Shown: piece after piece, positions 52,428 to 64,000 of the stretch
How the letters are laid out: the number at the start of each line of letters is the position of its first letter
Numbering within the stretch: position 1 is the first letter of the stretch
Source of the DNA: Paraspadella gotoi
Lineage: Eukaryota; Animalia; Chaetognatha
Reading direction: 5' to 3'
DNA: 64,000 nucleotides
Assembly (NCBI GenBank): GCA_051294375.1
Contig: CM119267.1
Span: 21,025,755-21,089,754, forward strand
The notes under the pieces: model-generated
The model's input: only the letters and a program-made list of their open reading frames with translations
Told to the model about the DNA's origin: nothing
Database searches by the model: none
Made by a program: the position numbers and the translations under genes

Positions 52428-55400
52428 CTAATTCCCTTCAGTCCGAGCCCCGTAACAACGCCCACACAGTCCGAGTGCCGCAGCCCTGAAGTTCCTGCAC
52501 AGCGCCGCGTAGAGGAAAAAGTTGTAGCTGTAGTTGAGGACTGTGGCGCCCGCGGAGAGACGGAGGAGCCAAAGATGGGGCGTGGCCGGTGTTAAGAAAC
52601 CCAGAACCTTAGATATGAAATGGATTGAATTCATTTGTCTCGTTAATACCTTTAATACTGTTATATATATATATATTTTATATATTAATACTATTAATGT
52701 AGAAAATGTTTATTATTTTCTATGCCTCGAGGGTCGCGCGTTCGATTTGTCGGCCGTAGGTTGAACTGGCTTTAACATGGAGCAAGGTTTTCTAAATCTC
52801 GAATGACGTAAATGTCGAATAAATGACGAATAAATCGTGCATAAGTTTATTATTAAAGAGAATAAATCAATGGCGAAATCAAGGTCGTATAATAAATTGG
52901 TGTAGAAAAATTATTAAAATGAAAACTAATGGAGCAATCCCCCACCCCTATTCCTGGAACACCTTACCTTGAGTAAGTTATACGCCAGCCAAGGGAGTTG
53001 TGTGAGGAAATAGATAAAAGCGACGGCGCCGACGAGGGTGAGAAACTCGTCACGGATCCTTTCGTTGCGCATGGACTGAAAACGGGTCAGTTGGAAAGGT
53101 TGAGACAAGGTAAGTTCAAAAAGTAAGCAAAAAATTCAGGTTCCTTGTTATTAATTTTTTTTGATATTTCTAATATTTCCAGCCAAATACTCTACATTTA
53201 ATGTCATTAGTTTGTTCTTTCTGGTCTGATTATTTAAATAATTAATTATTAATTATTAATTATTTAAATAATTGAATAATTAACTTAAATAAAAACACGT
53301 ACATACATATGGTAATAAATTGATTAGACTTTAAAAAAATATCATCTTTCCAGACCTTCAGCCCCGAGTTTCCAAAAAGCGCCGCCGCCATCCCGACCAT
53401 CGTCGCCAGAAAGACGACCATGACGCCGAGATAGAACCCGTGCGCCGCGTGGATCAAGCACGCCCTCAGCAGGACGAAGGAGATGCCCAGCACGATGACG
53501 CTCAGCGCCGCTCCAAGACCGACGCCGTACTTGAGAGTCTCGACGACGGCGGGATTGCAGTCGACGAGCGGATCGGCGACGCCGCCGGGGACGCCTCCCT
53601 TGACGACGGTCTTGGAGCAGAAGACGATCTTGACGCGACGGTAGGCGATGTAGAGAGTGAGCCATCGATTGATGCGGGAAGAGAGAGCGACGGCGACGTA
53701 CCTGGTTTATCGGGGGGGGAGAAGGGGGGAGAAGGGCAAGAGACCGAAGAGGAAGATTACAGTATTTTGTTTTTTGTTTTGTTTTTTATTACCTCAACGT
53801 GAGTTTGTTTCTTTTTACTTTTTCTCTTTTTTTTTTAATTTTTGTTTAAACAAACAATTTTTTCAAAAGCCCCCATTTCCGGTCCCTAATTTTAATTTCG
53901 ATATCGAATTTTAATATCTTATCAAATTCGTAACCATAATCCCTAACGCTAAACCCTAATCCACAAACCCCAAATCCTAATCCTTAACCCTAAGCCTTAA
54001 TCCATAACTCTCTCTCTATTCAGTCATCTCGGATGGAATCGGAACCAAGAATAGAATCGGATCAACTTTGGTTTCATTATTGAAATCACTGTCTACTTAA
54101 ATGCAATTACGAATTCAAGCTGAAATGGAGCGCTTTTTAAAAAATACGGAACACCGTACGAACGTGACAGAACACGGAGAATACTTTAACTAATTCTACA
54201 ATAGATCACGTGATCAACGACTCACATTTCATTCTCACCAAATTTGGATTCTCTCGTCGAAGTCGCTCGCGTCGAGACTCCAAAACAAAATGGCGCCGAC
54301 GAAATGAACGACGCCGATAGAAATATCCGACGCCGCCAGAGCGATAAGGTGGACTAGGCCTGGAATTCAGATATTGATAAAATGATAAAATTTAAATTAA
54401 AAATAAATCAATGTTTAACTTTAACCTTCTCTAAGCCGTCTCCTCTTTACGACGGTCTCGGCACGTCGGGTCGCCGTTCCCGCCTTATTTTTCTGCCGCA
54501 TCCGCTGTATCCGTTCCTGCTGCTGACGCCGCTTCTGCAGCACCAGGCGCTGCCTCCGCAACTGCTCCTCCTCGGCGTCCGTTTTACTGCGACGCAGCGG
54601 CGGGTGCCGTGCTGGCGTTGACTCTACTAAGCAAGAAGCTGGTCGCTTTCTTTCGTGGTCGAAGGATGACTCTGAAGAAGCCTCGGATCGCTCGAGAAGC
54701 TCGTGGAAAGAATTCGGCTTCGGACGTCCGATTGGGGAATCGTTCGACGAAGGCGCTTCGGATAAAGGATAATCTCCGAAAGTTCGACGACGATGTTGAT
54801 CCTGTTGAGGGGAAATCTCTTTGAAGGACGAGGATTTTCGGAAATCCACGAGGCGCTTGGGAGTTTGAGACGCAATCGGAAATTGTTCGTCGACAGTAGA
54901 GGAACTGAGCCTGACGTCGGGGCTTTCCGGGTTGTCTCTAGAGTCTTGGTTGGAGAATTTGACAGATGTTTCGTCGGTTAAAGTCGACGAGGCATTGGGA
55001 GTGTCGGGCGGCTGCTTGTAAAGGGGAGAGGAGGATTTTTTGAGACAAAAAGAGAGAGAGATACAGAGATACAGAGAGACGCTAAACATATTCAGATATG
55101 AAAAGTGAAGACTTACCTCTTCTCCATCTCCCTTCAAGCGCAAACACCTTCCCATCGAAGAACTCGCCCCGGAACCGTTCGTCGAAGCCTTCGCCTTCGC
55201 CATCGACGTCTTCGCCACAATTCTCAAGGCTTTCATCTTCGCCCTTTTCGTCCCTCCGTCCCTCATGCGGCAAATGACGACGACGACGAGAACGTTGAGC
55301 AGCAGCGACGCGGCGACGACGACGGAGACCACCGGCGTGCCCAGCAGCGACGCCAACTCCAGCACCTCGTCGGGGGGGATGGTGCAGTTGGGCGGCTGGG

Positions 55401-55470
55401 AGGTTGTGAGAGTAGTGTTTGGCGAGGTTGGGGAAAGTGGCGGTTGTGAAGTATCCAGTTCACGCGTCAT
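52428..55470 (-). CDS. Divergent class A (rhodopsin-like) GPCR, 565 aa; exons 55470-55117, 55014-54426, 54359-54239, 53701-53356, 53075-52968, 52607-52428
   Basis: TM1 LLLNVLVVVVI, TM2 LIALAASD, TM3 WLTLYIAYRRVKIVF, TM6 FIYFLTQLPW, TM7 LNYSYNFFLY then RNFR; N-glycosylation sequons NTT and NCT in the N-terminus; phases consistent with no stops. Confidence 0.88.
53934..54008. repeat. Degenerate (CCCTAA)n telomere-like tract in a GPCR intron
   Basis: CCCTAACGCTAAACCCTAATCCACAAACCCCAAATCCTAATCCTTAACCCTAA. Confidence 0.6.
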
Positions 55471-55839
55471 TTTAGATTCGTTCTTTTGCCGTTTGTGTTT
55501 TGTTGTCGTTGTTAATTTTTTTTTTTTTTTTTGCTTGAAATAACGAAAGTTGTTTGGTTTTCAATACAATTATGTTTTTTTTGTTATAAACTTGATTAAA
55601 TCTGATAGTTTAGAATGGTTGCATTTTCTCTCACTCGTCATTTAAAAAAAAAGAGAGAAAAAAGAAATAAAAGGAAAAATAATCCTTTTGGTTCGATTCT
55701 TCTGATCTGAAAGAACGAATAAACATTTAAAAATCTGCTGGCGACATTTTTTTTTAATTGGATGAGCGATCACGTGACCGTGACGGGAAAAGGGGGCGTG
55801 CCCTCGATCGTTTGGGAATTCATTCTTTTTGCTAGTGCG

Positions 55840-55881
<42 letters not shown>

Positions 55882-56113
55882 GTTGTGTTGTTGTTGTTGT
55901 TGTTGTCTTCACGGTTTCCGTCTCGCCTTAAGGTTTCCTAGGAGGTGCGGGCTGATGTTTGTTATTCTGTCGGTCATTTGGTGTCGTCGTGAATATTGTC
56001 ATCCCTTTCGATATTGATTTTGTTACATCCGGGAACGATTATTCATTTAATCGTCGGATGTGAGGGATGGAGTTAGATAGTATAGAGAGAGAGAAGAAGA
56101 GAGAGGAGAGAGG

Positions 56114-56153
<40 letters not shown>

Positions 56154-59100
56154 GCCCGCAGCGTTCTCTTCTCTCTCAGTCATTTTCTAGCGTCAGTTAT
56201 TGACGTAAAACGTCGATGCAACTCGTGCCGTTGCTATGTATTACAGGAGAAATTATAATATTAAAATTAAAATTTAGAAGTGGAATTTGAAATAAATTGA
56301 TTAGTTTCTTTTCTTTTTTTTTAATTAATCCGTTTTCTGCGTTGATATAGATGTTTTTAAAAAGATGATTAAGTATAGATGTTATTAGTTACGTTAATTT
56401 GCTGACCGACAGAAAAAGTTTAAAAATAAGATGTTTTTTGAAAATAGCAAAATAAAAATGAAAACAAAAAAAAAAAAAATTAAAATCAACAACAACGACA
56501 ACGACGACGACGACATTGTGACATAGCGATCGACGAACTCGAATCAGTAAAAAGATGGAAACTAAAATATTAAAGACCTATGTCTAAGTTACCATTCCTT
56601 TTTTTTTCTTTTTTCGAATCCCGTCAATCTCACGTACGAGAGAAGGCACACACTAAATAAAGGACCCGAAGGCAGTGACGACCCTGTTTAACCCATCCCA
56701 CCCCCTCCCTCTTTCAAGCCAGGCGCCTGCACGGGCGTCTCGACTTGTCCGCATTTCTACGCACGTGCCGAAGCGATCGAATTACATTCGACCGTACTTA
56801 TTTCTCTGCGATTGAAAATGACGTAAGAAAATTGCCAGTCGATCTTTCTCATATTTTTTGCACTTCACATGCTTGGGATTCTGAATAAAAAATCCGGGCC
56901 TGGAACTCCTTTCCCCCTTCAAAAAAAAGAGTCAGGATGTACAAAGACCCCTCCCCGATTTCCTTCGTCGAAGGCTCACGTACGAATCCGAGTTAAGGTG
57001 CTAAAATCGTTGACTCCGCCGTACAGAGGGCGCGGAAACTTCTTACGCGAGCGCTCGGGAAGAAAACGCGCGAATATTTTTTGGTTTTGAATACGTGCCA
57101 TTGCGGCTTTTGCAATGAGAGAGTTTTTGGTCGGTCAGTCTTTCTATTACTATATTTAGATTTTATTTGATTAGAACTAACTTTTTTTTTTAAATGTTAG
57201 GCGTAAGACTTAATTTTACCATTTAAAAAGAATCAAAATATACTATATTAATATATTTATTTGACACTTACGGTCGACGCATATTCTAAGTTTAAGGACC
57301 CGTTTCTTGCACCTCACTTCGTGGCGAACTCGGCGGCCTTCGGATACGCTTCCGGCGGCCGACGTCGCTTCCGCCGGTAGCGTCTCTGTACTTCCGGTTC
57401 CTTGCGCGCGCACTACCGCGACGCGATCCGGACTGTTTTATCGGTGAGCGGTAAGTTCCGAAAATAGGGTGGTTCCGTGAAAACATGCAGACGCTAAGGT
57501 GCGAGTGCAACTCGCATAGATTGGAAGCCGACTCGCACGTTGTCAAAAAAAATGCTTGGCGCTGATGGCGCCCCTAAAAGGAAACTAGCCGTTCTAAATG
57601 GTCTCCACGCGCCGCAAAAGGGCTTCCAGGTGCCAATTCGACGCTCAAGAATTCGTTCGGCGAAACTGAAGAATTTCTTTAACGAGCGAAACTGATGGAG
57701 GGAGAGAGAGGAAGAAAACCTCGGGAAAGATAATAAAGCGAGAGAGAGAGAGAGAGAGAGAGAGAGGGTTGTTCGCCGGGGGAAAGATAAAACTTTTTCT
57801 CCCGCTTTTCCGCCCAAAATTCGTGAGGAGAAATTTAAAAAGGCTCCAAACAGAAAGCACATCGATTTGTCTCGCTCTCTGTTCCTCCCTCTCCCTCTCG
57901 CTCCCACTATGCCTATATTAGTATTTTTTTTTAAAAGTTGGTTGCCGTTGCCGTTGCCCCATCCACGTAAAAAAAAAAATTTTTTACTTTGCTATTTTGT
58001 TTTTCTTCTCTTTATCGACTGTCGCGCCACCTCTTCGCATGTTCCCACCAAAGCCTTTTGTTTTTCGCTCTGCCTCCCTCTTCGTTTTCTTTTTTCGAGT
58101 CGATAAATTTGCTTTTATATTTTTATTTGTTTGTTCGCTCGAAAAGAGACATAAGGGGACGCGTTACGCCAAAAAATCCGTGAAAAAGTTTTTTTTCTCT
58201 AAAACCGAGTACCAATTGGCGGGAGAGGCGGGTTGCAGGGCGGGCGGGTAACTGAGGACAATTGTCATTCAGTTTGCTATTAATTTTTATTTAAAATTTT
58301 GATACAATTATATACTGTAACTGTTACGTCGTTACTCTAGCACCTACGGTACTACGTACTCTCTATCTGAAAACTATTTTTAATAATAAAACTTTTCATA
58401 CAAAACAATATTAATTATTTATCCATAGACTTCTCACCAACATAGACATTAAAAAGGCACCCGACGGCGAATGCCAACGAATCGGTACCTGAGAGTGAAA
58501 AGGGAAAAACGATGAACCTGAAGGATCTTATCAGCAGCAGAAGCAGCATCAGCATCAGCAGCACCCACTGGCGCTTAGAGGATGCTTCACGTCGCCGACA
58601 GGAGACGAACGAAATATTTTTTAAAAAATGGCAAATAAAAAATTGTTTAAAATATTTCTCGTCTTTTGAGTCGAAACGTTATTGGGCTGGCTAATCAAAA
58701 ATTAATGAAATTATTTAACGCCGATTGGATAACTTTACGCAAGGATTTATCCAATCTGTTGCAAATATTGATTGGCAGGAAAATTAAATTCACAACAAAC
58801 GCGGCAAATGAAAAAAAAAGTACGGAAAGCGCAATGTACCGTCGGACTAATGCCGTCATGGCGAGGATAATATTTGTGATAAAAAACAAAAAGGAATCGG
58901 GATTACGAGAAAGGTTAGAATCAATTATCACACGAAAAAAAAAACACAACAATTTGCATTAACAAAAATTAACGATATCGAACGAGTTAATAAGGGATCG
59001 ACACAATAGTTTTCATAATTACAAACACGAAGACGACTAACAGTATTCTTTTCATATTTTCATTGCACTATGGAGAAAGATGGGCGGTTTATGGAACAGT

Positions 59101-59367
59101 TTACTTATATCGGCGGGTCTTAAATGAGTTGGTGACATTCACAAATTTAATCACAGTCACAGCTTTAGTACATGTTTAATTTGATCCCAAAATCGATGGT
59201 GGCGCCAGCGAAATTCGGCAATCGTTCAAGATTCGAGTTGATTTTTCTTTCAAAGATCGTGTCAGTTTTGATCTTCGACTTCGAAACTATTCAACCTTTT
59301 CTCACACCTCACATCCTCTCACACCTCATATTCTCTCACACCTCATATCTCCCCATCCTCTCACATC

Positions 59368-61611
59368 TCATCTTCTCATACTCCTCCTCTCAACTCTGTC
59401 CTTGATGCTGTGGATCTTAACCAACGGTTTCTGTTCCGGCGTCGGTTTTTCCGGCGGCTTCGTTCTCACCACGCCGTTTTTCAAGATGCCGCCGACGCCG
59501 GTTTGGACGCTGCCGTTGCAGCTGCCGCCTCCACGACACTCTTTGCAATCTGGAGTAGAATTGTTTTTGAGCGGAAGATTAGCCAGCGACGTCGGCGACA
59601 CCGGCGGCGGCGTCGCCGGCGACGCCACAGCGCCGCTTTGACGTCCAGCGTCGATGCTGGGCGTTCGTCGCGGAAGAATGACTTCGACGCCGGGCGGACG
59701 GGAGGACGAGCGATTGAGAACGCCGTTTTGGACAGCGCCGTTTTTAACGACGCCGTTTTTAACGACGCCGTTAAGTCTTTTCGGAATGGCGCCGGTTTTT
59801 GGATCGGCTGGAGGTAGTTGGCGATCGGGCAACTTCGAGGTTCGAATGTCCATCGTGTCCTCGGGTCCTCGTTCTCTTTCGATCGTCGCCCGCTCCAATT
59901 TGTCGTACTGACCCGATCTGCGATTGGATGCGGCGGCGGCGGCGGCGGCTGAAGCAGCTGTACCGGCCGCTTCCTTTCGTCGCAAGCAGTGTTCGCAGCG
60001 GGAGGGGGCGGCGCCCGGGGCGTCTTTCTCCAAGTAAGTCGTCACCGGGTCTGAGCAAAGTAAAAGACTACGTGAGGTAAGAATATTTTTTTTTCTTTCC
60101 GAATTTCCATTAAAGAAGATCTAGAAACTCAAAAGATGGAATCAAATGGAATCGAATGGAATCATAGACTCGGGGAGAAATCACCAAAAATGGAATACGG
60201 CTCTCTGATTGGTCAAGACTCAAGAGCCAGATGAAATGTTACGATCGTGAGTTTTTTTTTTGTGGTTTTTTTAAAGTTTATTTTAACTTACGTTAATGAT
60301 ATGATTTTTATGACTATCGTAAATTGGAGATATTTTAAACTAGTTTTTTTTTATGATCTTTATACACCAAATAAGAATTCCTTTGGTAATCAATAATAAG
60401 CTTAATCGAACGGGTTGAAAAAAAGGGTAAAGTCGGGTAGAAAAAAATTTTATGATTAAAAATTGTTAATTCCAGGAAAGGCTTTTATGATCATGCCATA
60501 CAATTTTCAGCAGTGTGGGGAAAAATCGAAGGTGATCAAATTTCATTCTTATTAATTTCGCATAGATGACAAATATTTCGTACCGTATCATTAAACGCGC
60601 CCTGAAATTATTTAAAAAATAACATTTAATACGAACGCTTTATTTTTTTTTTTTAAATAAGCCCACGATTTTACGAAAAAAACGTCGGTCGATGACGGGC
60701 AGCCACAACTCACTGACAGAGAAAACTTAACTATAAACACCCGAGTTGAACTATTGTCTTTATTGTAAACAAAACATTTAAAAAAAATAATTTCGCTACA
60801 TATAAACTCCAAAAAGAGTTGTATAAAAATTAATAAAATGAATCGGATAAATCACATTGTAAAAAGTAAAATTTTCATAAAATGGGCTTCATGAAAAATG
60901 GCAACTCATTGGTCGAAGTTGGTAGTCGATCCGGACCCATATTCACAATCACGCAAAACTTGTGTGTAAAACGTTGATCTTGTAAACATGACAATTTATT
61001 AATAGTAATATGATCGGATCTTTATCGCTTACCAGTGAGCGGCGTGGGCGCCGGCTCGTCGGGGCAAGTCACGTAAACGCTTCTGTTTTGTTTGTGGAGC
61101 TGCACGGCGTACATGACTCGTTGTCGCGGTCCCCGACAGATGACGCCTTTGTAGATCAACAGAAGAACAATGGCGATGATGAGGACGAAAATAACGATTC
61201 CCATCACGACGCCTGTAAAGGAATTGAGTTATTAAAAAACACTTTCCTTCACCAGCGACTACCGGATTCGTGTTCCCTAATAATAACTAATTTAATAATT
61301 TAATAACTAATTTTTTTTTTGCTTTCGAGAAACGTCGACAGAGGTCTCTAGTAATTTTGTAAACAACTTTTGGAGTTGACCGTTAGTTTTCGAGTAACGT
61401 TCCGCCGTGAAAAACGTTCAACCTTCTGTAATGCTTTCTTTATTTTTTATATCGAATAAAACTAGTTAAAAAGCTTATATCCGATTCTTATCTCTTAGAT
61501 TCATTGTTAGGTAAGTTCGCAAAATTATTGAGGTAATTAATTAGGTAACACGACGGTATATAAAAAGTTTAAACATCACTTACGATAATTTTTTTCATTA
61601 CTCTCATAAAA

Positions 61612-61653
<42 letters not shown>

Positions 61654-63611
61654 CGCGACAGTTTTAACCGCAAGAATCGGATTTCCTTTTTCTCCGCTAA
61701 TTTTCGACGAATCCAGCGAATCCCGATAATTGCCATTCATTCTTCCGAGGCCGACAGGAGCCGAACAAAAAGCCGCCCAGGCCGACGGAGCAGCAATCAG
61801 GTGTCGCGTTACGGCTTTAACCATCGCCTTGAGTCTCGCATTACTTTACCCAATAGTCAATACCCATTGTTCGAAATCATCGAAATTCTTTTTCTTTAAA
61901 CCTTCACTCACCCCCCCCTCCCCAGCTTGATTTCTGAATCGATTTTTTTTCTTTCCTTTCAATAATTTTTTTTTCTCTTTTTCTCGTCTTCTTTTTTGAC
62001 ATTCTCGACATTTCGATCTCTCTCTCTCTCTCTCTCCCTCCCTTTTTTTTCTCTCTATAATCTCACGATTGTCTCTCTATGATGTCAGATCCGTACAGCC
62101 TTTTCACACAACCTTCAGCAATCTCAATACTTTCCTCTCAGTACAAACGTACTTATCACCCCCAGCCCCATCTTTCTTCGTAAATCGTATTTAAACTTAC
62201 CGCTCCATCCCGTCACCTTACCCCACTTTTCAACTCACCCGCGACCCATTGGTCCCCTTCCTTCGGCGGCAACAGGATGATCTTCTTGGACTGGCACTTC
62301 AAGCTCTGATGCAGCCCACCGTCCCACTTGTATCCGTGCGGATAGATGACGCAAGAAAAGTAAGTTTGATTGTCGACGGGTTCCATCTTCAATGTCGCCG
62401 TCGCCTTCAACGTCGTCCGATTGGGCATCGAGTCGCTCGTCGACCAGGAGACGCTCATCTCCGCGTCGACGCGCTCGCGAATGCGGGAGCCGCCCAAATG
62501 CCAGACATCGACCTGAAAGAGGTATGAAGATTACAGGGTTACTTGTTTTAATACATGCAATATTATTTTTTATAAATATTAAGGAATATTATGAAGTAAA
62601 TATAGTTCATTAAATGTAATTAGTTTTTTTAATTTATTTATGCGATATATTACGATATTTAGTGATTTCAGTTTATTTTTAATATCATAAATTATTTCAA
62701 TATGCCACGCCCACCACGCTTACCCCATGCGTGACTTCGGATTCCTTCCACAAAACCTTTGGCCAATGCGGACCCCAGACTGTTGTCTCGCAAGTCATCG
62801 TCACGGATTTTCCCAGCTCCACCTGAGAAGAACGGCGACTCGTTAATATGACGTTCTTAATTGTTATTATGGAACGAGAAAGAAATTTAACTGGATATTT
62901 GTTATGAAATCGGTACAACCAATATAAAAATTATCCATTCATTTAATAAATAAGCTATCTTGCCCCTGACTTTGGACAGGCTTTGGTGGTTTAAGACCTC
63001 CATCACTCTTACAAGATAATGACATAGCAGGTCCCTGCAAGCTTTCAATCAAGACTCTCTCACAGTCTCGTTTATTCACTCCCAGACTACCTGGTTTCCC
63101 TATCAATGAAGTGGAAAATATTTCAAAGAATGTTTCAATTGTATGAAAAGACCACTCCCTTAAGTATTTAATTCAGTCAAAAAGGTCTTTGGGATTTAGC
63201 GAACAATCTCAACAATACCCTGTGCATAGTGTGCAACTGTGCATCTTGCTACTAGGCATATATGATCAAACCAGGTTTTACGATTTATTCTTTAACTAAA
63301 CTCGGTTTAAAATTCAAAGACATCCCGACGCTTCCGACTCCCTTCTCAGAACGCAGCAACGTCGCCCACTCCCCCATCTCGAAAACCCAACCCAAACTGA
63401 CCTCCAGCGTACTGACACCGCAGCGGGGCTCTTCGTACATCATGACGACGTAAGGCACCAACTCCCATTTTTGATTGTCAATCCGAACGCAGCCGTATTT
63501 GCCCACGGTAGTTTTGGTCACGTGACTCGTTTGCAAGACAAAGTCAAAAGGGTCGTCGGGGCGGTTGACGACGTGGAAGGTGGGGTTATTCGGAGGGTAA
63601 GTTTTGTTGCC
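59368..63611 (-). CDS. Ig-superfamily single-pass membrane protein, 3' five exons (63611-63417, 62822-62724, 62512-62239, 61212-61033, 60050-59368); 5' exons not found in the window
   Basis: Ig-like motifs VGKYGC, GKSVTMTC...KVLWK and TYFSC; TM helix VVMGIVIFVLIIAIVLLLIY; long low-complexity cytoplasmic tail; phases consistent. Confidence 0.82.
62902..63083 (+). repeat. Dispersed repeat family A (intronic)
   Basis: Near-identical to 16969-17140. Confidence 0.9.
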
Positions 63612-64000
63612 CTAAATGAGAAAATAGTGGGAGAATAGTAGAGAGGGGGAAAGATTAGCAGATAATGAACGGCTGAAGATGCAATATCACTTTTTTAAAC
63701 TTTTAAGATCTCAACTCCTCGGTAAGTAATATCGGAAGGGATGCTTAAGAAAGTATATTCACACCGCCGCACATACATCATCGTTCAGCCAATACCATTG
63801 GCTCAGAGGCGGAACACACCATCACAGGCGTTGTGTTCCATCCACAGTCTTAATGACTTCCCTCTGCGTTGTCAAAGTGAGACCGTCCGAGGGTAACCAC
63901 GCCAGTGACTGGATGCGTCACTGAGGGTCGGAAGCCCCCAAAGCCAACAGTGCGATGCCCTATCCCAATGGGCATAACGGCCATAAAGTTTTATTTTTAT

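Noticed and set aside
53934-54008. Chromosome end or fusion site
   Set aside because: The tract is short, degenerate and intronic, next to a dispersed repeat; more likely part of a repeat element.
58430-58600. Minus-strand hydrophobic stretch (VLLMLMLLLLLIR) as a signal peptide exon
   Set aside because: It derives from a (CAG/CAT) triplet repeat and has no supported downstream exons.
63720-64000. Structured RNA or HDV-like ribozyme in a compositionally distinct intron segment
   Set aside because: Only a small ATGCCC/GGGCAT hairpin is evident and no ribozyme or tRNA core could be fitted; probably a TE fragment cut by the window edge.

Overview
Eukaryotic (metazoan-type) genomic DNA with GT-AG introns, abundant (GA)n/(GAC)n/(GATA)n microsatellites, N gaps and indel noise typical of a low-accuracy long-read consensus. 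Most ORF-track entries are microsatellite artefacts, so I assembled genes by hand from splice sites and exon phases. Contents: (1) a full-length Ty3/gypsy LTR retrotransposon, probably CsRN1 clade (381-6208; tRNA-Trp PBS, PPT, GTAC TSD); (2) a 4-exon secreted PHM (peptidylglycine alpha-hydroxylating monooxygenase)-like gene that has lost most copper ligands, present twice through a ~6.6-kb duplication that is probably an uncollapsed haplotype; (3) a 14-exon ~694-aa gene I cannot identify, carrying an intronic Penelope-type minimal hammerhead ribozyme, a GC-AG intron and a 63-bp repeat that multiplies a splice donor; (4) a second, ~4.6-kb probable haplotype duplication; (5) a 2-exon 80-aa precursor missed by the ORF track (signal peptide, Arg-rich peptide ending in G-R, poly-Asp propiece), resembling an amidated antimicrobial or signalling peptide; (6) convergent with it, a 6-exon class A GPCR with a ~250-aa first intracellular loop; (7) the 3' five exons of an Ig-domain single-pass receptor; plus MITE-like and dispersed repeats. 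All family calls come from motif recognition by eye; no searches were run.
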